Shown: piece after piece, positions 54,141-62,014 of the stretch
Position numbering within the stretch: the stretch's first letter is position 1
Layout of the letters: each line of letters begins with the position of its first letter
Source of the DNA: Planctomycetota bacterium
Lineage (GTDB): Bacteria > Planctomycetota > UBA1135 > UBA2386
Assembly (NCBI GenBank): GCA_041178545.1
Contig: JBEGVB010000009.1
Coordinates: 33,276 to 97,275, forward strand
Direction: 5' to 3'
Length of the DNA: 64,000 bases
Notes under the pieces: generated by a model
Seen by the model: the letters and a program-made list of their open reading frames with translations, nothing else
Databases searched by the model: none
Told to the model about the DNA's origin: nothing
Program-made: the position numbers and the translations under genes

Positions 54141-56183
54141 TTACTGCGCAGGCACGTCGAAGTTCTGGAGGATCTTCTCCTGTCCAGGCAGCACGGTGAG
54201 CGGGCGTGCGGTCTGCTTCATCTGCAACAGGGTGACGAACGGGTTGTTGTCGCCCGCTGCCTTGGAGGCGTGGATCTGGTAGGTGCCCGGCGGGACGCGC
54301 TTGGCGAAGCGGAAGGTGCCGTCGCTGGCGCTCACGGCATTCGCCATGAAGGCCATCTTTGGCTTGCCCTCCGCGTCCAGCTCGGGCTGTGCGCCGGTGG
54401 GCGGGCCGATGGTGACCTTGACCTGGCCGGTGGGAACACCAGCCACGGTTGCAACACCCTCGACGAGGGTGCCGCGCACGAGGGTGAGCTGTGGCACCTC
54501 GACCACGCCTTCCTGCTCGAGCTTGACGTTCATGGCCGAGCCCTCGCAGAAGTCGGGGTGCGAGACGCGGATCATGTAGTCGCCGAATGCGAGGAGGGGC
54601 AGCTTGTAGTTGCCCTGCGCATCGGACTTGGCGGAGGCCTTGGTGATCTTCTCGGGCATGAACTGCCGGAAGAGCTGGCCGAACTCGGTCTCCATCGCGA
54701 AGCCGCCGTTGAAGTCGGTGCTCACGGCGGCACCCGCCACCGGGCTGCCGCGGTCGTCGACGACGCGACCGACGATGGTGCCCCCCAGGGTGAGGGTTGC
54801 TTCCACGACGGGAGGCTCGGCCCCGGCCTGCACCACGAAGGACGGCGAGATCGTCTTGGCGTGGTCCGTGGTGATGACCTGGAACACGAACTCGCCGCTC
54901 GGCAGCCCTCGGACGGTGGCGTACTCGCCTTCGTAGTCACCCGGCGTGATGCGGACGTCGCGGTACTCGGGGACGTTGCCGATCCCCATCGGGTTGTTCG
55001 GGAACCAGCGCTTGAGCGACAGGGTGTAGCTCTTCACCGGGCTGCCCTTCTTGCTGAGCACGCGCAGTCGCACCATGCCCCGCTGCTCGAGCACGAGCTT
55101 GACGTCGCTGGCACCGGACATCACGGGCTTCTCGACGAGTTCCTCGTACTGGGACGCGGTGGCTGTGAGTTCGTAGGGCCCCTCGCGCAACGAGGGGAAG
55201 GTGAAGGTGCCGTCCGGCTCGGTCACGGTGCTGCCCAGCTGGGGCACCTTGGCACTGAGGCCGCGTGCGCTCACCTTGGCCCCGCGGATGGGCTGGCCCG
55301 CGCTGCTGACGACGATGCCGCTGATGGGCATGCCGCGCGCCAGCTCGAGGACGAAGTCGTTGTTCTTGTCGGCCTGGACGATGAGGTTGTTCCGTTCGGC
55401 ACGCGCGTAGCCGGACGCCTCGGCCATCAGGTTGATGGAGGCCATGCGCGGCGCGTTCTCGAAGCGGAAGTAGCCGCCTGCATCGGTCTCGACGGCAATG
55501 CCCTTCTCGCGGCCGGGGGTCGCGAGCATGGAGTGGGTCTGGTTGGTCTCGTTGAGGAAGACGCGTGCTCCGGGGACGACGGCACCGGTGCCCTCCTCGA
55601 GGACGCGGCCCGTGACGACGGCTCCCTGTTCCAGGCGCAGGTCACCCGTGTCGTACCAGTCGCCCGCCGAGGGCTTGATGCGCGCGTGCTGCAACTCCGG
55701 GTGCTGGTCGCTGACGACGCGGAGGTCGAAGGTGTCGCCTGCCTTGGTGATGCCGAGGCGGAACACTCCGTCCGGGCCCGTGGTCCCGGATGCTGCCGGC
55801 GGGATCACCTGTCCCCGCTTGTTGGCGAGGAAGATCTCGATGGGCTCGGCAGAAGCGCTCTTCATCAGGTAGACGGCGACGTCGGCTGCCGGCAGGCCAC
55901 TGGGCTGGAGGACGCGCCCGGTGACACCCTGCGGTGCGTCTGCGAACTCGTTGTTGCGACGCGGGTCGACGACGACGCGCTGCGGGTCCTGGCGCTGCGG
56001 ATCGACCTTGACGGGCTCCTGCACGACGACGGGCTGGTCGGGCTGGGTGGTCGGTTGCGGCTCGACGACTGGCGGTTGGGTGACGGGGACCTGGACCTCG
56101 GGGCCGCCGGTGAGGAGGTAGGCGGCTCCTCCGGCAGCAGCCAGCACGAAGAGCGAGAGGAGCAGTTTGGTGGGTCCGTTCAC
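54141..56183 (-). CDS. membrane-anchored protein with multiple CarboxypepD_reg-like beta-sandwich repeats
   Basis: 680 aa. N-terminal TM LLLSLFVLAAAGGAAYLL, Pro/Gln-rich linker, then repeated ...GRV.D..G.PV.GA.V......T.(T/S)D..G.F.L..L..G.Y.L... units. Confidence 0.75.
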   Translation of the reverse strand: MNGPTKLLLSLFVLAAAGGAAYLLTGGPEVQVPVTQPPVVEPQPTTQPDQPVVVQEPVKVDPQRQDPQRVVVDPRRNNEFADAPQGVTGRVLQPSGLPAADVAVYLMKSASAEPIEIFLANKRGQVIPPAASGTTGPDGVFRLGITKAGDTFDLRVVSDQHPELQHARIKPSAGDWYDTGDLRLEQGAVVTGRVLEEGTGAVVPGARVFLNETNQTHSMLATPGREKGIAVETDAGGYFRFENAPRMASINLMAEASGYARAERNNLIVQADKNNDFVLELARGMPISGIVVSSAGQPIRGAKVSARGLSAKVPQLGSTVTEPDGTFTFPSLREGPYELTATASQYEELVEKPVMSGASDVKLVLEQRGMVRLRVLSKKGSPVKSYTLSLKRWFPNNPMGIGNVPEYRDVRITPGDYEGEYATVRGLPSGEFVFQVITTDHAKTISPSFVVQAGAEPPVVEATLTLGGTIVGRVVDDRGSPVAGAAVSTDFNGGFAMETEFGQLFRQFMPEKITKASAKSDAQGNYKLPLLAFGDYMIRVSHPDFCEGSAMNVKLEQEGVVEVPQLTLVRGTLVEGVATVAGVPTGQVKVTIGPPTGAQPELDAEGKPKMAFMANAVSASDGTFRFAKRVPPGTYQIHASKAAGDNNPFVTLLQMKQTARPLTVLPGQEKILQNFDVPAQ

Positions 56184-56195
56184 GGCAACTCGGGA

Positions 56196-58223
56196 TCAGT
56201 GGTCAGTGGGGATGAGGACGTCGGCGACCACGGCTTCTTCGCCGGGACGCACGGTGATGCGGGTGGCAGAGGCTCGCAACTGCATGAGGACGCGGAAGAC
56301 GTCGGACTGGCCGTCGTTGCCGGCCAGCTGCGCAGCCCGGAGCTCATAGTTGCCCGGGGGGAGTCTCCTCGCGAAGACGAAGGAGCCGTTCGCAGCACTC
56401 ACGGTCTCGATGCGCACCAGGGCGGACTCCGGTGCCTGCGCTCCCGGGCCGTCGACGGGCGCAACCGTCACGCGCACCTGGGCCGCAGGGACTCCCTGCA
56501 GCAGGGCACGGCCCTGCACCAGCGCCCCGCGCCGCAGCGTGACCGCAGGCAGCACCTGCTGCGCGGTGTCCGCGACGAGCAGGTTGCCCACGAGGGCCTC
56601 GCAGTGGTCCGGGTGGCCGATGCGCAGCTGGTAGGTGGCGAAGGCAAGGCGCTCGAGCCTGAAGTTGCCTTGTGCGTCGGTGGTGACCGTGGCGCGCGTG
56701 ACGCGCTCGGGCGTGATGCCGGACAGGATGCGCGCGAGGGGGTTGTTCTCGCCGGCCCCCGGTGTCTCGGTGGCCACGGTCACCCCTTGGACGGGCCTGC
56801 CGGCCGAGTCCACGACCTGGCCGGTGACGGTGCCGCCCGCGGTGAGTCGCACGTCGACGGCAAGGGGCTGGCTGCCCGGCTCCAGGGTGAAGGGCTCGCT
56901 GAGGGTGCGCGCCCAGCCGGCGGCCTCCACCTGCAGAACGTAGGTGCCGGGCACGAGGCCGCGCACGGCGGCCGGGCCACCGGCGAGGTCCTCGGTGCGG
57001 ATGAACTGGTCCGGGACACCCTGGACGGCACCGACCTGGCCACCGTGGTCCGGGAACCAGCGCCGGACGCCGAGGGCGTACTGGCGCGGTGCAGCCGCAC
57101 CGGGTGCCGTCACACGGGCGAGGACCTGCAGGCGCCGCTCGAGGCTGACGGCAAGTTGGCTCTCACCGGCGAGCACCTGTGCAAGGTCCATGGGCTGGTG
57201 ATCGGCAGCCAGCACGCGCAGTCTGTGGGGCCCTTCGCGGAGGCCGATGAGCTCGAAGCGGCCGTCCTGGTCCGAGAAGGCCTCGAACGGCTCGCCACCG
57301 TCGTTGTGATGGGGCCATGCGAGCACGCGGGCCTCTGCGACCGGCGGGCCCGAGGCGTCCAGGACGCGGCCCGAGACGGTCATGCCCCGCGGCAACGCGA
57401 AATCGACCTGATGGGCCTCCTTCGCCGAGAGCTCGATGCCGGTGCGCACGATGCGTGCGAATCCCGGCGCTGCCGCGGCCAGCGAGACCTGGCCCTCGCC
57501 CGGGACGTGGGGGATCTCGTAGCGGCCAGCTGCATCGGTGCGCGCGCTCAGGCCCTGTTCGCGCCCCGCGACGGCTGCCAGCTGCAGGTCCTCGAACGGG
57601 ACACCGCTGCGCAAGGTCACGAGCGCGTTGGGGACGGCGACCTGGGTGCCCTCGATGGTCACCCTGCCGCGCAACACCACGCCCTCCGTGAGGGCGAGGT
57701 CGCCGAGGTCGAGCCATTCCTCCGGCTGGATGCGCAGCACGCCGCTGCGTCCGTCTGCGTGGGCCGCGGACACCACGCGCACCAGGTGGCCACGGGAGGA
57801 TGGTTGCCGCAGCCCGAGGGCGAAGTGCCCGGTCGCGTCGGTGAGGGACTCGGCGGTGGGCAGGACCGGCACGCCATGTTGCATGGCGAGCCAGAGGGTG
57901 GAGAGGTTGTCGTCCGGCGCCTCGACGAGCAGTGCCCGCACACCGACCACGGGGCGGCCGGTTCCGTCGACGACACGGCCCCGCACGCCCTGCGGCAGGT
58001 TGCGGCCGCTCTCGACCGCGGGAATGTCGATGCGCTGGCTTGCCTCGGGTGCGGCGGCACCGCCGGGCTGCACCTCGGGCCGGGTGTCGTCGTCGGGGGC
58101 GGCCTCCGCGGGGCGCGTCGGGTCTGCCGGCTGCACGCCGGACTCGTCGCCGCCCAGTGCCCAGACCGCGAACGCGGCACCGAGGAGTGCCAGCAGGACG
58201 AGGGCTTGGGGGGTGCGTCGCAT
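56196..58223 (-). CDS. paralogous membrane-anchored CarboxypepD_reg-repeat protein
   Basis: ATG at 58223 (codon 44 of ORF 56196..58352), 675 aa. Collinear with 54141..56183, including shared (K/R)RWFP and HPD(H/F)CE motifs. Confidence 0.75.
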   Translation of the reverse strand: MRRTPQALVLLALLGAAFAVWALGGDESGVQPADPTRPAEAAPDDDTRPEVQPGGAAAPEASQRIDIPAVESGRNLPQGVRGRVVDGTGRPVVGVRALLVEAPDDNLSTLWLAMQHGVPVLPTAESLTDATGHFALGLRQPSSRGHLVRVVSAAHADGRSGVLRIQPEEWLDLGDLALTEGVVLRGRVTIEGTQVAVPNALVTLRSGVPFEDLQLAAVAGREQGLSARTDAAGRYEIPHVPGEGQVSLAAAAPGFARIVRTGIELSAKEAHQVDFALPRGMTVSGRVLDASGPPVAEARVLAWPHHNDGGEPFEAFSDQDGRFELIGLREGPHRLRVLAADHQPMDLAQVLAGESQLAVSLERRLQVLARVTAPGAAAPRQYALGVRRWFPDHGGQVGAVQGVPDQFIRTEDLAGGPAAVRGLVPGTYVLQVEAAGWARTLSEPFTLEPGSQPLAVDVRLTAGGTVTGQVVDSAGRPVQGVTVATETPGAGENNPLARILSGITPERVTRATVTTDAQGNFRLERLAFATYQLRIGHPDHCEALVGNLLVADTAQQVLPAVTLRRGALVQGRALLQGVPAAQVRVTVAPVDGPGAQAPESALVRIETVSAANGSFVFARRLPPGNYELRAAQLAGNDGQSDVFRVLMQLRASATRITVRPGEEAVVADVLIPTDH

Positions 58224-58382
58224 GGTGCGGGACGGTGGCGGGAGGACCTTGACGGTCGACCGTGGGTCGGTGCGGAGCCTAGCGCCCGGGCACCGGCCCA
58301 TGGGACGTTTCGGCGACAGTTTCCTTCCCGCCTGTCGGCGCGCTCCCGCCACCCTCCGTCCCCGGGCGCGAACGGCTCCGGT

Positions 58383-59024
58383 TCAGCCCACCAGCACCAC
58401 GTGGAGGTCCTTGGGACCGTGCACGCCCACCACGAGTTCGAGTTCGATGTCCGCGGTGCGGGAGGGCCCGGTCACGAACGTCACCGCCCGCGGCAGCGGG
58501 CTGGGCAGCCGGGCGAGAGCCTCCCCGAGGTGGGACAGGATGTTGGCCGGGTCGAGCAGCGCGATGTGCAGGGGCGGCAGCAGGGACGGCAGTCGTGCGC
58601 GTTCGAGGTCCTCTGCGAGCACGAGCGTCCCGGTCTCCGCGACGGCAAGGGTCGCACCGGTGCACCCAGCGTCGACGGTGGCGAGGGTGTCGCGGTCCGC
58701 GTCGTCGTGCACCGCGAGGCCGGGGTCCAGTGCGCGCAGGCACTCGGCGACGGCACGGACCATGGGAGCACGCGAGCAGGCGAGGGACCGTGCCCCGTGC
58801 GCCGCGAGGACGGTTCGGACCACGGCTGCCGCTGCAGCGGCGTCGGCCGCCTCGTGCACGGTGCCGCCCACGGCGCGCAGGCGCTCGCAGAAGGCCTTGC
58901 GGCGCGAGGCCTGGTCGAGCGGGTTGCCCAGCAGTGCCACGGGTGGCGGGGGCGGTACGGGAGAACCCGCCGTCCTGCCGAGCTGTCGGCGGACCGACCC
59001 GAGGACGTGCTCGCGGCCGCTCAT
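58383..59024 (-). CDS. lutC: lactate utilization protein C (LUD domain)
   Basis: 213 aa. ATG at 59024 overlaps the lutB stop. VAETGTLVL...LPPLHIALL...FVTGPSRTADIE. Confidence 0.8.
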   Translation of the reverse strand: MSGREHVLGSVRRQLGRTAGSPVPPPPPVALLGNPLDQASRRKAFCERLRAVGGTVHEAADAAAAAAVVRTVLAAHGARSLACSRAPMVRAVAECLRALDPGLAVHDDADRDTLATVDAGCTGATLAVAETGTLVLAEDLERARLPSLLPPLHIALLDPANILSHLGEALARLPSPLPRAVTFVTGPSRTADIELELVVGVHGPKDLHVVLVG

Positions 59025-60418
59025 GCGTCCGGCTCCTGCGCCCACAGGGACCGGAAGGACCGTGGGGCCAGCTCGGGCAGCGAGCGGCCTGCGCTCCAGC
59101 GGGAGAGCACGGGCAGCCGCGCGCGCAGCGCGCGGGGCACGAGGAGCTGGCCCATGCGCGCGAGGGCGGTGAAGGCGCGGTACCGCAACGAGCTCCCCAT
59201 GGCATACCGCCACACGGAGAACGCGAACCGTTCCGCCAGCCTGCGGGACGGTGCGTTCCGGCCCTCGACGACCTCGCGCCGCAGGTGCAGCAGGAGCCCG
59301 GGGATGTCGATGCGCACCGGGCACACGTCCCTGCACGCCCCGCACAGGCTGGAGGCGAAGGGCAGTTGCCGTGCCCGCGAGAGCCCCGCGAGCTGCGGCG
59401 TGATGACCGCGCCGATGGGGCCCGGGTAGACGGACCCGTACGAGTGGCCGCCCACCTGCTGGTAGACCGGGCACGCGTTGAGGCAGGCGCCGCAGCGGAT
59501 GCAGGCGAGCGCCTGACGGGTGATCTCCTCGCGCAGCATGGCACTGCGTCCGTTGTCGAGCAGCACGACGTGGACCGCACGCGGGCCCTGTGCGCCGGGC
59601 GGCACCGGGCCGGTGAGCAGCGACTGGTAGGTGGTGAGGTCCTGGCCCGTGCCGGAGCGCGGCAGCAGCTTGAGGAACACGTCGAGGTCGGCGAGGCGCG
59701 GCAGCAGCTTCTCGATGCCCACCACGGCCACGTGCACTGCCGGCACGCTGGTGGTGAGGCGTGCGTTGCCCTCGTTCTCCAGGATCAGGATCGAACCGGT
59801 CTCGGCGATCGCGAAGTTGGCACCGCTCACGCCGAGCCCGGCGGCAAGGAACTTCCTGCGCAGGGCATCGCGTGCAGCTGCCGTGAGCACGGGCGCACTC
59901 GCGTCGTGCGGGGTGCCCACCTTCTCCTCGAACAGCGAGGCGACGTCCGACCGGCTCTTGTGGATCGCGGGCACCACGATGTGGAACGGCGGTTCCCCCG
60001 CCAGCTGCTGGATCCACTCGCCCAGGTCCGTCTCGACTGCCTCGATGCCGACCGACTCGAGCGCATGGTTCAGCTCGATTTCCTCGGTCGTCATGCTCTT
60101 GCTCTTCACCACGGTGGTGGTGCCTGCCTCTTGTGCGAGGCGGGTCACGACGGCATTGGCCTCTGCCGCGTCTGCCGCCCAGTGCACGACCATGCCGTTG
60201 CGCACCGCATTGCGCTCGAACTGCTCGAGGTAGTGGTCGAGGTGGGCGAGCACGTGGTCCTTGACCGTGCGTGCCTGCGTGCGCCACGTCTCCCAGTCCG
60301 GCGTCCGCGCGAGGGTCCCGAGCCGGCGTTCGCCGAAGGTGTCGGTTGCCTTGCGCAGGGCCTGCCGTTGCGGCCCGTTGGCGAGAGCCGCGCTCGCATT
60401 CGCGTCGAACTGCTCCAT
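59021..60418 (-). CDS. lutB: lactate utilization protein B (4Fe-4S, LUD domain)
   Basis: 465 aa. GANFAIAETGSILILENEGN, CIRCGACLNACPVY, CGACRDVCPVRIDIP. An alternative GTG lies 15 nt upstream. Confidence 0.85.
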   Translation of the reverse strand: MEQFDANASAALANGPQRQALRKATDTFGERRLGTLARTPDWETWRTQARTVKDHVLAHLDHYLEQFERNAVRNGMVVHWAADAAEANAVVTRLAQEAGTTTVVKSKSMTTEEIELNHALESVGIEAVETDLGEWIQQLAGEPPFHIVVPAIHKSRSDVASLFEEKVGTPHDASAPVLTAAARDALRRKFLAAGLGVSGANFAIAETGSILILENEGNARLTTSVPAVHVAVVGIEKLLPRLADLDVFLKLLPRSGTGQDLTTYQSLLTGPVPPGAQGPRAVHVVLLDNGRSAMLREEITRQALACIRCGACLNACPVYQQVGGHSYGSVYPGPIGAVITPQLAGLSRARQLPFASSLCGACRDVCPVRIDIPGLLLHLRREVVEGRNAPSRRLAERFAFSVWRYAMGSSLRYRAFTALARMGQLLVPRALRARLPVLSRWSAGRSLPELAPRSFRSLWAQEPDA

Positions 60419-60429
60419 CGGCGAGTGGC

Positions 60430-61158
60430 TCACGGCACAGCTCCTGCCAGCACCTCGGCAAGGTGCAGCGTGCGCACGCGCGCGCCGCGGTGCTCGAGGC
60501 GGCCGCGCAGGTGCATCAGGCAGCTCACGTCCGCACTCACGAGTGCGTCGACGCCGCTGCGCACGACGGCATCGAGCTTGTGGTCGGCAATGGCAACGGA
60601 CACGTCCGGGTACTTCACGCTGAACGTCCCGCCGAAGCCGCAGCACGCGTCGGCAGCAGGCAGTTCGTGGAACCGGAGGCCGGGCACCATCCGCAGCAGC
60701 TTGCGCGGCTGCTCGCGGATGCCGAGGTCGCGCAACCCGTGGCACGCGTCGTGCCAGCCCACGCTGCCCTCGAACCGGCCTGGCACGCTCGTGAGGCCGC
60801 GCCGCTCGAGCAGGAACGTGCCGAGCTCGAAGGTCCTGCCGGCAAGGCCGATGGCCCGGCTGCGCCAGGACGAGTCCGCGGGGAACAGGGCGGGGTAGTG
60901 GTGGATCTGTGCCGCGCACGAGCCGGACGGCACGACCAGCGCCTCGGCCCCCGAACGCTCGAACTGCTCGATCGTGCGCTGGGCGAGCCCGATGCCCTTC
61001 GACTCCCAGCCGCTGTTGCACGCGGGCTGGCCGCAGCACGTCTGGTCCGTGTCGAAGTGCACCGAGCACCCGGCATGGCGCAGCAGCTTCACGGCAGCGG
61101 TGCCGACCTGCGGCCAGACCTGGTCGACGAGGCAGGTGACGTAGAGGGCGACGCGCAC
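60430..61158 (-). CDS. lutA: lactate utilization protein A ((Fe-S) oxidoreductase, CCG domains)
   Basis: 242 aa. VALYVTCLVD, QTCCGQPACNSG, DACHGLR, DACCGFGGTFSVK. Confidence 0.85.
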   Translation of the reverse strand: MRVALYVTCLVDQVWPQVGTAAVKLLRHAGCSVHFDTDQTCCGQPACNSGWESKGIGLAQRTIEQFERSGAEALVVPSGSCAAQIHHYPALFPADSSWRSRAIGLAGRTFELGTFLLERRGLTSVPGRFEGSVGWHDACHGLRDLGIREQPRKLLRMVPGLRFHELPAADACCGFGGTFSVKYPDVSVAIADHKLDAVVRSGVDALVSADVSCLMHLRGRLEHRGARVRTLHLAEVLAGAVP

Positions 61159-61177
61159 GGGTGGAGGTGTAGCGCCG

Positions 61178-61936
61178 TCAGGCGCCTCCCGGAAGGGTGC
61201 TCCGAGCCGCCTGGCGCCGTAGCAGGTCGAGCTGCCCGGCCAGCACCGCGAGCGCGGTCTCCGTGCGCAGGGGGTGGGGGCCGCAGCTCACCGGCACGAA
61301 CCCGTGTGCCCGCAACGTCTCGACCTCGAGCTCGATCCAGCCGCCGTCCGGGCCCAGTGCCAGTGCGAAGGGTGCTGCAGCCTGCAGGGCGAGCTGCTCG
61401 ACCGGGGTCGCCGCAGCAGGGTGGGCGACGAAGCGCGCCGACGGCAGCCCGATTCCCGGCAGCGCGGCCTCGACGAAGGTGCGGAAGCGGTCGGTGAAGC
61501 CCACCGTCGGCAACAAGGTGCGGCCTGCCTGAGCGAGGCCCGCGAGCAGGTGGGGGCGCCACTGGTGCGGGTCGAGCGCCTTGCTGTGCAGGTGCCCGTG
61601 CTCCACCCGCCAGCTGCGGACGAGGTGCACGTGCGCGAAGCCCAGCGCGGCCGCGTGCTCGAGCATCCGCAGCAGCACCTTGGGCCGCGGCACCGCGAGC
61701 ACCAGGTGGTCGGCAGGCAGGGGTGCCGGCCGGTCGAAGACGCAGTGCACCCGGATGGCCTCGTCGTGCACCGAAACCACCGTCGCGGTGCCCAGCATGC
61801 CGCCGAGGAGGCCCGCACGCAGTTGCTGTCCCTCGACCACGCGCAGGACGTGCACCATGTGGTCGCGGCGCGCGTCCTGCACGAGGGCCGTGCCGTCGGC
61901 AGCGACCTCGTGCGGCTCGAGGAGCAGGATGTTCAT
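61178..61936 (-). CDS. rsmE: 16S rRNA (uracil1498-N3)-methyltransferase RsmE
   Basis: ATG at 61936, 252 aa. The C-terminal end of ORF 61178..63982. LAVPRPKVLLRML, LALGPDGGWIELEVETL, GPHPLRTETA. Confidence 0.8.
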   Translation of the reverse strand: MNILLLEPHEVAADGTALVQDARRDHMVHVLRVVEGQQLRAGLLGGMLGTATVVSVHDEAIRVHCVFDRPAPLPADHLVLAVPRPKVLLRMLEHAAALGFAHVHLVRSWRVEHGHLHSKALDPHQWRPHLLAGLAQAGRTLLPTVGFTDRFRTFVEAALPGIGLPSARFVAHPAAATPVEQLALQAAAPFALALGPDGGWIELEVETLRAHGFVPVSCGPHPLRTETALAVLAGQLDLLRRQAARSTLPGGA

Positions 61937-62014
61937 CCGGCCCGCAGCGTAGTGGGGCAGCGCGCGTCGTACAGCACTGCTGGTGCTCCCGCGGCCCGCA
62001 CCTACACTGCGCCC

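Noticed and set aside
54114-59429. 1771-aa ORF on the + strand, the longest in the track
   Set aside because: It is antisense to the two CarboxypepD_reg genes and to lutC/lutB, which have clear signal/TM segments and family motifs. Its translation is the Arg/Gly/His/Asp-rich low-information composition typical of shadow frames in high-GC DNA, and it has no recognisable motif.
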